Part shown: one piece after another, positions 6,337 through 14,741 of the stretch | Layout: every line of letters begins with the position of its first letter | Numbering within the stretch: the stretch's first letter is position 1 | Assembly: GCA_031409655.1 (NCBI GenBank) | Contig: JANNXQ010000056.1 | Span: forward strand, 1 to 20,852 | Reading direction: 5' to 3' | Source of the DNA: Chthoniobacteraceae bacterium | GTDB lineage: Bacteria > Verrucomicrobiota > Verrucomicrobiia > Chthoniobacterales > Chthoniobacteraceae | Length of the DNA stretch: 20,852 nt | Position numbers and translations under genes: made by a program | Notes under the pieces: generated by a model | Seen by the model: only the letters and a program-made list of their open reading frames with translations | Told to the model about the DNA's origin: nothing | The model's database searches: none

Positions 6337-8826
6337 ATGAAACTCCGTCTCGCTCTCCCACTCACCCTCCTCTCCCTCACGCTTCCCAGCCTCGCTGCAC
6401 AGCCTGCCAAGGCCGCTGTGCCAAAGAACTCCGCAGCATCGACGCCTACCGTGCAGGGCTGGCTGGATTGGCGCGGGCCGGCCCAGAATGGCGTCTCCCA
6501 GGAGACGGGCCTGCCGGATAAGTTGGACGCCAAGTCGGCGCTCTGGACGGCAGACTTCGCCGGACAGTCCACACCGGTGATTGCCAATGGGCGGCTCTAC
6601 ATCATGGGTTATGAAGGGGATGGCGCGGAGTTGCAGGAAGGGATCGCGTGTTTCGATGCGGACTCGGGCAAGCTGCTTTGGAAAAAGCTCTTCAATGACT
6701 TTCTCAGCGACGTCATCTATCTCCGCTACACGACGTCGAATCCGGCGATCGATCCCGAGACGGGGAATATCTACACGCAGGGCAGCCAGGGGCTGCTCTC
6801 GTGCTTCACGCCGGAGGGTGAGCTGCTTTGGCAGCACTCGATGATGGAGAGATTTGGCCGTCTTACTTTTCCAAACTCGCGCACTGCCTCGCCGCTCATC
6901 GATCGCGAAATCGTGATCACCCGCGGCATCACCAGCTCCTGGGGCGCGCATGGTCCGGCGGGCGATCGCTTCTACGCCTTTGATAAGAAGTCTGGGGAGC
7001 TCGTGTGGTCCAGCGCCCCGGGGGATCGGCCCCAGGACAATACCTTCTGCCATCCGTGGTTGAGCTTTCATGAAGGGAAGCGGGTGCTGTATTCGGCGGG
7101 TGGCGACTCGACGGTTTTGGCGATCAATGCACGGACCGGTGAGCCGCTCTGGCGGACCCCGGTGGCCAAGGCCGGGGCGAAAGGCGGCATCAATGCGGCG
7201 GTCATCGAACACAAGGGCCGGATCATCGTGGTGCATGAGTCGGAGAATCTGGATAGCACCGAAGTGGGGCGGATGGCGGCGTTTAAGATTCCCACGGACG
7301 TCAAGCCACCGACCCCGCTGACGCCGCAGGTCTTTGAGACCAAGACGCTGGAAGTTTGGCGCAATGTGGTGGGTTCGCTCGCCAGTTCTCCCGTGCTCGT
7401 GGGTGACATCATTTATGAAATCAGCGGCACGGGTGACCTCTACGCGGTCAATGCGAATGACGGGAAAATCCTCTGGAAGAAAAAGCTCGGCATCGAGCAG
7501 CGCCAGAGCTCGCCGACCTTTGCCGATGGCAAGCTCTATGCCGCCATCTACATCGCGGATGCGGGCGATGGGTCGGCCAAGGTGGAAGGCGCGGAGAGCG
7601 GCGGAAATGGCGAGCTTTTCGTGATCAAGCCTGGCGCCAAGGACTGCACGATCATTAGTAAGACAATTCTGGACGGGAAGTGCTTTGGATCACCGATCCC
7701 CTATAACGGGAAGATCTATATCCAGACGGATAAGAAGCTCTATTGCTTTGGCAAGAAGGGCGCGAATAAAGGACTCACCCATGCGGCTCCACCCGAGAAA
7801 TGGCCAGCGGCGGGCGAGAAGGCGCAGCTCCAGGTGATCCCTTACGAAGTGTTACTCAAGCCCGGCTCCACGCAGGCTTTCCGGATTCGCGCGCTGGATG
7901 CGAATGGCTTTACCGTCGAGGAAAGCGTGGATCCGAGGAGCCTCCAGTGGGAGCCCTATATCCCGCCGACGGCGCTGGTGAAGGCCACGATGTCCGCGAC
8001 CTGGAATACGGACGGAAAGTTGGTCGCCGACGCCACGCCGAAACCAAGTGCGGGAGCCTTCAAAGCGTCGCTGGCCGTCGGTGACAAGCAACTCGTGGGC
8101 TTTGGCAAAGGGCGCATCTTCCCGACGCTGCCCTTCAAGCAGGACTTCGAGACCTTTGAGCTGACCGAGAAGACCGGCCCCGGAGTCGGCAAGGACGCCG
8201 TGGTGCTGCCGCCCGCCGAACCCGGCAAACTCGCGCCGCAACCCGGCCCGACGAACTGGAACGTCATCGAGGAGCCGACCGCCTTTGCCTACCCACCGCT
8301 CCCTTGGAATTCGTGCCGCTTCCGTTTTGAAGTGCGTCAGGCTCCTGGAGAAGGTTCGACCAAGGCGCTGTGCAAGACGATCGACAATAAGCTCTTTCAG
8401 CGCGGGCAGGTTTTCATCAACAGTCCGGACCAGAATAACTACACGATCGAAGCCGACGTGATGACCGAAGGGAATAAGCGGAAGATGTCCGAGATCGGCC
8501 TGATCAACCAGCGCTACATCATCGTGCTCAAGGGGAACTTCCAGCAGATCGAGGTAAACTCGAACCAGGAACGCCTCAAGGTTGCCGCCCCTTTCGCGAT
8601 CTCGCCAAATACCTGGTACCGGCTCAAGGCGCGCGTCGATGTCGCGGAAGATGGGTCCGGGGTGGTGCGGGGCAAGGCTTGGAAGAAAGGTGACCCGGAA
8701 CCCGCAGCGTGGACCATCGAAGTGCCGCACAAGATCGCGCACAAATATGGTTCGCCCGGCTTCTACGGCTTCACCCCACAAGAGCAGCGGGCTTGGATCG
8801 ATAACATCGAAGTGATGCCTAACTAA
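6337..8826 (+). CDS. Secreted PQQ-binding-like beta-propeller repeat protein with Ig-like and C-terminal ConA/lectin-like domains
   Basis: Signal peptide; WLDWRGPAQNGVSQE start; repeated C/A-F-D-x-x-S/T-G-x-L-x-W propeller blades; SSP motifs. C-terminal YTIEADV..WYRLKARV..GKAWKKGDPEPAAW..GFYG..IDNIEV is a beta-sandwich pattern. Confidence 0.88.
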   Translation: MKLRLALPLTLLSLTLPSLAAQPAKAAVPKNSAASTPTVQGWLDWRGPAQNGVSQETGLPDKLDAKSALWTADFAGQSTPVIANGRLYIMGYEGDGAELQEGIACFDADSGKLLWKKLFNDFLSDVIYLRYTTSNPAIDPETGNIYTQGSQGLLSCFTPEGELLWQHSMMERFGRLTFPNSRTASPLIDREIVITRGITSSWGAHGPAGDRFYAFDKKSGELVWSSAPGDRPQDNTFCHPWLSFHEGKRVLYSAGGDSTVLAINARTGEPLWRTPVAKAGAKGGINAAVIEHKGRIIVVHESENLDSTEVGRMAAFKIPTDVKPPTPLTPQVFETKTLEVWRNVVGSLASSPVLVGDIIYEISGTGDLYAVNANDGKILWKKKLGIEQRQSSPTFADGKLYAAIYIADAGDGSAKVEGAESGGNGELFVIKPGAKDCTIISKTILDGKCFGSPIPYNGKIYIQTDKKLYCFGKKGANKGLTHAAPPEKWPAAGEKAQLQVIPYEVLLKPGSTQAFRIRALDANGFTVEESVDPRSLQWEPYIPPTALVKATMSATWNTDGKLVADATPKPSAGAFKASLAVGDKQLVGFGKGRIFPTLPFKQDFETFELTEKTGPGVGKDAVVLPPAEPGKLAPQPGPTNWNVIEEPTAFAYPPLPWNSCRFRFEVRQAPGEGSTKALCKTIDNKLFQRGQVFINSPDQNNYTIEADVMTEGNKRKMSEIGLINQRYIIVLKGNFQQIEVNSNQERLKVAAPFAISPNTWYRLKARVDVAEDGSGVVRGKAWKKGDPEPAAWTIEVPHKIAHKYGSPGFYGFTPQEQRAWIDNIEVMPN

Positions 8827-8833
8827 CCGGGCG

Positions 8834-8857
8834 GAGCACGCACCCCATGCGGTGCTC
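8834..8857. terminator. Hairpin between convergent genes (possible terminator)
   Basis: GAGCAC-GCA-cccca-TGC-g-GTGCTC in the 37-bp gap between two stop codons. No clear U-tract. Confidence 0.4.
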
Positions 8858-8863
8858 TCGAAG

Positions 8864-9367
8864 TCAAAGACCGGCTGGGTGCCGGACTACCGCACCGCTG
8901 GCTGGGCGGCTGCGAGTCGTCCACCGGGGGCCGCGGGGGCCGCTGTGGTAGCCGGTATCGAAGCGCAGGCCAGCCACGGAGAGGAAGACGTGTCCATTGC
9001 GGGCGTAGATGGAGATCCATTCGCCTTCACCGGAACGACCGTAGCGACGGAAAGATTTTGACGGCATCGGGCTCCGCAGTTGACCGGCCCCGATGAGGAC
9101 ATAGGAAGTCGCCCCGGAGCAATCGTAAGCCGAAGCCACCACCGAACCATGTCCGCCGCCGCGTGCATACGGGAGGCCAGCGATGCGATTTCCAGCCGCA
9201 ATGGCAGCATAGACTTCCGTTGGCGCTCCGGGAGGGGCTACGGCGTAGCCATCGCGCAGGACCGCCGTGCGACCAGGCACGTAGCGGTAGGTATAGGAAG
9301 GAGACGAGCAACCCCCGAGCAGAACGGCGGTGACGAGGGCGAGGAGCGGAAGGAGAGAACGTGGCAT
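8864..9367 (-). CDS. NlpC/P60-like peptidoglycan endopeptidase lipoprotein
   Basis: Start at ATG 9367 (MPRSLLPLL..). Lipobox LLGGC; PY-x-x-GGGH; YDCSG (catalytic Cys); GHV (catalytic His); GLRFDT..RHPAGL C-terminus. Confidence 0.85.
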   Translation of the reverse strand: MPRSLLPLLALVTAVLLGGCSSPSYTYRYVPGRTAVLRDGYAVAPPGAPTEVYAAIAAGNRIAGLPYARGGGHGSVVASAYDCSGATSYVLIGAGQLRSPMPSKSFRRYGRSGEGEWISIYARNGHVFLSVAGLRFDTGYHSGPRGPRWTTRSRPASGAVVRHPAGL

Positions 9368-9375
9368 CGCGCAGA

Positions 9376-9405
9376 GATATAGTCGGGGCATCTGCACGGA
9401 CGCAA
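9376..9405 (-). promoter_or_regulatory. Putative promoter of the NlpC/P60 gene (leaderless or very short leader)
   Basis: Minus strand TTGCGT-N18-TATATC, then 8 nt to ATG 9367. Confidence 0.4.
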
Positions 9406-9414
9406 GGAACAGGC

Positions 9415-9443
9415 TTCTCACGGAGCAAAGGCGCCGTCATCAT
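9415..9443 (+). promoter_or_regulatory. Putative promoter of the NIPSNAP gene (leaderless)
   Basis: TTCTCA-N17-CATCAT, then 6 nt to ATG 9450. No Shine-Dalgarno. Confidence 0.35.
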
Positions 9444-9449
9444 CCCGGG

Positions 9450-10217
9450 ATGAAGTCCACGTTCCTCCTCGCCGCCCTCATGCTCGCCTCCACCCTGTCC
9501 ACTATCGCCGCCGAAGCCGACACCCGCGTCTTTGAACTGCGCACCTACTACGCCAACCCCGGCAAGCTCGACGACTTGAACGCGCGCTTCCGCAATCACA
9601 CGACGAAGCTTTTCGCCAAGCACGGCATCGTGAACATCGGCTACTGGGTGCCGATCGAAAACAAAGATAACAAGCTCGTCTATGTGGTCGCGCACCAGAG
9701 TAAGGAAGCCGGGATGGCGGCGTGGAAAGCGTTTGCGGGTGATCCGGACTGGAAAGCGGCGGCGAAGGCGAGCGAAGAGAACGGCAAACTGGTGGCGAAA
9801 ATCGAGCGCACCTGGATGAACGCGACCGACTTTTCGCCGGCTGTGCAACTCCTGAAAGCCGACCCCGAACGCGTCTTCGAGATGCGCACCTACACGACCA
9901 CGTCACCGGAAAGTCTCACCGCCCTGCACGCCCGCTTCCGCGAACACACCACTGGGCTTTTCGCCAAACACGGCATGACGAATCTCTGGTACTGGAAGTT
10001 TCAGCCCGACCAGAAGGGCGCCGAAAACACCCTCCTCTACTTCCTCGCCCATCAGAGTGTCGAAGCCGCCAAAGCTTCCTTCGAGGCCTTCCGCGCCAAC
10101 GCCGAATGGGTCGCGGTAAAGAAAGCCTCCGAAGACAAAGCTGGCGGCTCGCTGACCGTGCCGGACGGCGTGAAGTCGGAATTCCTAAAGCCAACGGACT
10201 ACTCCCCGATTCGCTGA
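9450..10217 (+). CDS. Secreted protein with two tandem NIPSNAP domains
   Basis: Signal peptide MKSTFLLAALMLASTLSTIAA. Two repeats: RVFELRTY..GKLDDLNARFRNHTTKLFAKHG..GYW..W and RVFEMRTY..LHARFREHTTGLFAKHG..W. Ends PTDYSPIR. Confidence 0.9.
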   Translation: MKSTFLLAALMLASTLSTIAAEADTRVFELRTYYANPGKLDDLNARFRNHTTKLFAKHGIVNIGYWVPIENKDNKLVYVVAHQSKEAGMAAWKAFAGDPDWKAAAKASEENGKLVAKIERTWMNATDFSPAVQLLKADPERVFEMRTYTTTSPESLTALHARFREHTTGLFAKHGMTNLWYWKFQPDQKGAENTLLYFLAHQSVEAAKASFEAFRANAEWVAVKKASEDKAGGSLTVPDGVKSEFLKPTDYSPIR

Positions 10218-10265
10218 GAGTGCGATCGGCGGCCCCATGGCCCCGGTGGAGATCAGGGGAAGAAT

Positions 10266-10295
10266 GGCGGGTCGAATTCAACTTCGACTGCCTTT
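10266..10295 (+). terminator. Weak terminator-like hairpin after the NIPSNAP gene
   Basis: GGCGG-GTCGAA-ttcaac-TTCGAC-TGCC followed by TTT, between convergent genes. Confidence 0.3.
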
Positions 10296-10320
10296 GCGAA
10301 GGAGTTGACGGCGCGCGGGC

Positions 10321-11460
10321 TCAGCGCCGGAGGGGCTCGTATTCGCCGTCTGGATCGCTGCGGTCGGCAAAGCGACGGGACTTGTGCTGCTGGGCGCGGC
10401 GGACGTGACGGGCGCCAGTCAGCTCGCGCTTTTTGCGGCTGGAGCGGAGTTTCTGGATTTCCACTTCGAGCTTCTGAAATCCCTCGAAGCGCGCGGCGTC
10501 CATGGTGCCGGCAGCCATGGCGGCGCGGATGGCGCACCCAGCGTCGGTGCCATGTTTACAGTCGTGGAATCGGCACTGCCCGGCCAGTTCCTCGATGTCG
10601 GCAAAACGCTCGCGCAGGGTCGTCTCATCCGTCCACATGTGGACCTCGCGGATGCCGGGGTTATCGATGAGGACGCCGCCGCCGGGCAGAACGATGAGTT
10701 CGCGCGCGGTGGTGCTGTGGCGCCCTTTGCCCGTGATCACATTGACCACGTCGGTCCACTGGAGTTCCTCGCCGAGGAGCGCGTTCATGACCGAGGATTT
10801 TCCGACGCCGCTGGAGCCGACCAGAGTCATGGAAACTCCCCGGCCAAGATACTGCCGCAACACTTTCAGGCTGGTGCCTTTCTCCGCACTGGTGATGTGG
10901 ACATCGGCCTGTGGGTTAAGCGCGCGGATGGCTTCGGCGGCCTGCTGATTCTGCGGATCAGGGAAGAGGTCGGACTTATTTACCAAGACCACGGCCTTGG
11001 CGCCGCTTTTACCGATTATCGCAAAGTAACGTTCCATGCGTCGAAGGCTCAAGTCCGGACCGGCGTCGGTCACGACGACGACGACGGCGACATTGGCGGC
11101 GATCACTTGTTCCTCGGTGCTTCGGCCGGACATCTTTCTCGACAGACAGGTCTGCCGGCTGAGGCGGGCGCGGATCATGGTCTCGCCATCGGGGCCGCCG
11201 AGCTCCAGCGCGACCCAGTCGCCGACGGCGGGGAGTTCCGCGTCGGTGGCGGCATCGTGGTACACTTTGCCACTCATGGTGACCTCGAGTTCCGCGCCAT
11301 GCTCGAGCAGGGCGCCGTAGGTGATCTTATTGTCGCGGATCAAACGGGCAGGATGCCATCCTTCCAGGAGGTGAGGAGCAAACTCCGCCTCGAGCGCCGC
11401 ATTCCAGCCAATGTCCTCCAAGGTGATCGCCGGGGCGGTCAATGCGATAACCGGAGTCAC
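10321..11460 (-). CDS. rsgA: Ribosome small subunit-dependent GTPase A
   Basis: OB fold PAVGDWV; QVIAANV; circularly permuted G motifs NKSD, GSSGVGKSS, GRHST, DNPG; Zn finger CRFHDCKHGTDAGC. Start is probably GTG 11460 or TTG 11442; the ORF-track extension overlaps yihA. Confidence 0.93.
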   Translation of the reverse strand: MTPVIALTAPAITLEDIGWNAALEAEFAPHLLEGWHPARLIRDNKITYGALLEHGAELEVTMSGKVYHDAATDAELPAVGDWVALELGGPDGETMIRARLSRQTCLSRKMSGRSTEEQVIAANVAVVVVVTDAGPDLSLRRMERYFAIIGKSGAKAVVLVNKSDLFPDPQNQQAAEAIRALNPQADVHITSAEKGTSLKVLRQYLGRGVSMTLVGSSGVGKSSVMNALLGEELQWTDVVNVITGKGRHSTTARELIVLPGGGVLIDNPGIREVHMWTDETTLRERFADIEELAGQCRFHDCKHGTDAGCAIRAAMAAGTMDAARFEGFQKLEVEIQKLRSSRKKRELTGARHVRRAQQHKSRRFADRSDPDGEYEPLRR

Positions 11461-11473
11461 GGAGGCAGGAGGC

Positions 11474-12070
11474 TTAGTTGCATCCGAGGGTCTTGCCGAT
11501 GAAATCGAGTAACTCGGGTCGCCCGGATTTTGTCTTGGAGGAAGTGGTGAAGACGAGGGGGAGGCCGAGGCCCATGGTGGTGAGACGGTCTTCAAAGAGG
11601 GCGATGTTATTCTTGAGGGCGCTGGCCTTGGTCAGGTCCGTCTTGGTGAAGACGAGCGCCAGGGGCGTCTGGCCAGCCAGAAGCCACTGGACGAAATCGA
11701 GGTCGATCTGCTGGGGCGGATGCCGGGAGTCGATGAGGACAAAGACGCAGGAGAGGTTTTCCCGCGAGCTGAGGTAATCGGCGATCATCTGCTGGAAGCG
11801 CTCGCGCTCCGATTTTCCGGTCTTCGCAAATCCATAGCCGGGCAGATCCACGAGACTCCAAGCATCGTCCATGGAGAAGAAATTGATCAACTGCGTGAAG
11901 CCAGGAATCGGCGAGACTCGGGCCAGCTCTTTCCGGCCGGCGAGCATGTTGAGGAGCGAGGACTTGCCGACATTTGACCGTCCAATGAAGGCGAACTCGG
12001 GCAGCACCGAGGCTGGACACGAGGCCAGGTCAGGGGCGCTGATTTGAAAGGTCGCGGAGCGGATGTGCAT
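11474..12070 (-). CDS. yihA: Ribosome biogenesis GTP-binding protein YihA/YsxC (EngB)
   Basis: PEFAFIGRSNVGKSSLLN, PGFTQLINFF, DLPGYG, LIDSRH, TKTD. Confidence 0.96.
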   Translation of the reverse strand: MHIRSATFQISAPDLASCPASVLPEFAFIGRSNVGKSSLLNMLAGRKELARVSPIPGFTQLINFFSMDDAWSLVDLPGYGFAKTGKSERERFQQMIADYLSSRENLSCVFVLIDSRHPPQQIDLDFVQWLLAGQTPLALVFTKTDLTKASALKNNIALFEDRLTTMGLGLPLVFTTSSKTKSGRPELLDFIGKTLGCN

Positions 12071-12084
12071 GCGGTGGAACTCGT

Positions 12085-12113
12085 AGCCTAGTGGAGTTCC
12101 TGGCGCTTGGGAA
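12085..12113 (-). promoter_or_regulatory. Putative promoter of yihA-rsgA, with the -10 box inside a palindrome
   Basis: Minus strand TTCCCA-N17-TAGGCT, 14 nt before ATG 12070. The -10 box is flanked by the inverted repeat GGAACTC/GAGTTCC (12076-12100). Confidence 0.45.
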
Positions 12114-12314
12114 CGCCCGGTTTCGACGAAAGCGCCAAGGGCACTTCCTCTCAGGCGCCGCAGCCGTGGCCGTTAATTTCCGATTCCGCGTGGATCGGGG
12201 CCGCGCAGACGGTTCCGGAATTCTTTTGGCGGGAACGTCCGCCAAGGGTCGATCGGAAGGAAAGCCAGTAGGGCAGCCGCGAAGCCGGCCCGCGAATCGC
12301 CTCCGTTTGGGCCC

Positions 12315-12611
12315 TTACTTTGCTCCGAGCACGGCGTCCTTCGCCGCTTTGGCGACGCGGAACTTCACCACGGTCTTCGCAGGAATCTTGATCGAGGCGC
12401 CAGTGGCGGGATTGCGGCCCATCCGGGCTTTGCGCTTTTGCTTCACGAGCTTGCCGATGCCGGGGAGCGTGAATTCGCCATTCTTTTTCACTTCGCGCAG
12501 GGCAACTTCGGCGATGACTTCGAGGAAGAATGCAGCGGTCTTTCGATCGGTCTCAGTTTCCTGGGCGATGATTAGGAGGAGGGCGGATTTGGTAAGTTTT
12601 TTGGCAGCCAT
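12315..12611 (-). CDS. hup: HU family histone-like DNA-binding protein
   Basis: 98 aa, basic. LPGIGKL..RKARMGRNPATGASIKIPAKTVVKFRVAKAAKDAV is the HU/IHF signature. Confidence 0.95.
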   Translation of the reverse strand: MAAKKLTKSALLLIIAQETETDRKTAAFFLEVIAEVALREVKKNGEFTLPGIGKLVKQKRKARMGRNPATGASIKIPAKTVVKFRVAKAAKDAVLGAK

Positions 12612-12621
12612 AGAGCAGAGG

Positions 12622-12649
12622 TTTTTAGCGGACTCGGGAATGACGGCAA
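12622..12649 (-). promoter_or_regulatory. Putative promoter of the HU gene
   Basis: Minus strand TTGCCG-N16-TAAAAA, then 10 nt to ATG 12611. Confidence 0.45.
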
Positions 12650-12737
12650 GCCAGATTTGCCGGGCTGCGATCTTACTTTCCCCTGGCCGAAATCAACCGC
12701 CGGAAAAGCCCCTCCTTCCCGCCGCGCAAGAGCCTGC

Positions 12738-14741
12738 TTAGTTCGGCAGCGGCAGGGAGACGCGCACGAGTCCGTTCTGGCCGGCCTGCGAGGGCTCGAT
12801 CTCGATGGTGCCGCGGTGGCTTTCGATGATCTTGCGCGAGACCGTGAGCCCGATGCCGAGCCCGACGGTGCGGGTGGAGAAAAAGGGTTCCGGCGCGCGG
12901 CAGGCGGCTTCATTGGTGAAGCCTTTGCCGGTGTCGCGCACCTCCACGTCCAGGCGGTGATTACCCGTATTATCCTCCCGCAGCTTCACCGAGACGTTTG
13001 GATCATCGGGGTTCGCTTGCAGGGCATTAAGGATGATCTCGGAGAAGGCGTGCCGGAGCGCCGCGTGGTCGCCAGAGACTTTCCAGGGTGCCAGGTCTTT
13101 GTTGAAGCTGAGTTGAGCGACCTTTTTCCCCGGATGAAAAGTGTGGGCGTCGTGGAAGGCCTCGACGATGAGGTCGGCGACGTTCACCGATTCGCGGAAG
13201 TCGGCCGCCCATTCGCGAGCGAGGAAGGCCATTTGATTCGCGAGCCGGGAAATGCGCCGCACTCCGCTGGCCATGGCGTGCGAGAGGGAGTCCTGAAATT
13301 CCGGATCACCAATGGATTCCTTGAGCAATTGCTGGTGGGTGGACAGCGGGACGAGGGAGTTGCCGATCTCATGGGCGAGATGTTCGGCCATCGATTTCAC
13401 GAGCCGCAGATTCGAGGTTTCGATCTCGAGCTTCTGCGCGCGTTCGTGCTCGGTGACGTCTTCGATGCGCACGAGGGCCGCATTCCCACCGGCCGCTTCC
13501 GAGGCGCGGAAGGGGCGCACTTCGATGGTGAAGGTCTGGTCCGGCGCGTGGGTAAATTGATAGCGCAACGGCGGGCAGCCGACGCCGGTCTTCAGGGCCG
13601 TGAAGATGACGCTGCCGAGTTGCTGCGGGAGATCGGCGAATTCGAGCTGGGTCTTGCCGGGACGATCCTTGAGGAAGATTGCGCGCGCGGCGGAGTTCGC
13701 GTGGAGGGTGCCGAGATTCGTGCCGATGACCACACACCCACTGCCGAGATGCCCGAGGATATCCGTGACCATGGCCTCGTTTGCGGCGAGTCGGTCGTGC
13801 GTCCACGAATTGCGAATCGCGAGGCCCACCTCCTCGAGCATGTGGAAGATAATGCCCAACTCGTCGTTCGAATACGGCACGCCGGTCAGGCGCTCATCGA
13901 AGACGGCAACGCCGATCAGCGATTCGCGATCGAGAATCGGAATGGCCACCTGGGCACCGAGAAGCTGGAGTTCCTTCGCGATCTCGCGGTTCGACTGCGC
14001 CTCGGGCCCATTTGCCCGGAGGATGCGTCCCTGGCGGTGCATGTAGGCGCCGATGCCCGTGCGCAAAGAGAGCGCAAAGCGCTGGAGGATCACTTGATCA
14101 ATGCCAATCGCACAAGCCGCGCGCAGCGAGCGATCCTCCTGCGAAAAGGCGCCGCCACCAGTGACGCTCCCGGGTTTGCGGAGGAAAACGATCGCGCGAT
14201 TCACGCCGATGATTTCGCGCAGCGGCAGAAGGAAGTGCTTGAGCAGCGCGTCCGACTCGAGGCCATGCGGGAGCATGCCCGAGAACCGCCGGAGGGCCTC
14301 GAGCGCCCGGATCGGCTCGGGCTCCTGACGCAGCGTGATCTCGCGGGTCGCGGGCTGATGAACTGGCTGGGGAACGGTGTCGCTCGCCTTGATCAGCCGG
14401 TCGAGCAGGCTGTGGAGCAATTTCACCCGGATGGGCTTGGTGAGCACATGCGCCACGCCATTCAGATACGCCTCCTCTTCCCACTCCCAATCCTTCGTCG
14501 CCACATAGACCAGCACCGGACAGGTCTCATCGTGGCTGCGGATTTCCTCGATCGCGCGAATCGCCCGCGCATCCGTCTGAACCGCATCGAGGATGGCCAC
14601 ATCGACCACGCCGCGGGCGAGCAGCGCCTCGGCCTCGGACACCTCGGCCTTGGTGATGATTTGGAACTCGGCTTCGTCCAGCACCGCCTGGATCGCGCTC
14701 GCCAAGGAGAGTTGTCGGGTAACGACGAGCAGCGTTCGCAT
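12738..14741 (-). CDS. Cytoplasmic hybrid histidine kinase: atypical receiver - GAF - PAS - HisKA - HATPase
   Basis: REC: LLVVTRQ..DVAILD..LTKPI. GAF: AQVAIPILDRESLIGV..YSNDEL. PAS: SGCVVIG..ANSAARAIF. H-box LAHEIGNSL, N-box ILNALQA, DTGKG, FFST, GLGIGL. Its ATG overlaps the upstream stop (TAATG). Confidence 0.92.
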   Translation of the reverse strand: MRTLLVVTRQLSLASAIQAVLDEAEFQIITKAEVSEAEALLARGVVDVAILDAVQTDARAIRAIEEIRSHDETCPVLVYVATKDWEWEEEAYLNGVAHVLTKPIRVKLLHSLLDRLIKASDTVPQPVHQPATREITLRQEPEPIRALEALRRFSGMLPHGLESDALLKHFLLPLREIIGVNRAIVFLRKPGSVTGGGAFSQEDRSLRAACAIGIDQVILQRFALSLRTGIGAYMHRQGRILRANGPEAQSNREIAKELQLLGAQVAIPILDRESLIGVAVFDERLTGVPYSNDELGIIFHMLEEVGLAIRNSWTHDRLAANEAMVTDILGHLGSGCVVIGTNLGTLHANSAARAIFLKDRPGKTQLEFADLPQQLGSVIFTALKTGVGCPPLRYQFTHAPDQTFTIEVRPFRASEAAGGNAALVRIEDVTEHERAQKLEIETSNLRLVKSMAEHLAHEIGNSLVPLSTHQQLLKESIGDPEFQDSLSHAMASGVRRISRLANQMAFLAREWAADFRESVNVADLIVEAFHDAHTFHPGKKVAQLSFNKDLAPWKVSGDHAALRHAFSEIILNALQANPDDPNVSVKLREDNTGNHRLDVEVRDTGKGFTNEAACRAPEPFFSTRTVGLGIGLTVSRKIIESHRGTIEIEPSQAGQNGLVRVSLPLPN

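Noticed and set aside
6337..8826. BamB or a true PQQ dehydrogenase
   Set aside because: It is much longer than BamB, has no lipobox and carries extra domains. I could not identify dehydrogenase catalytic motifs.
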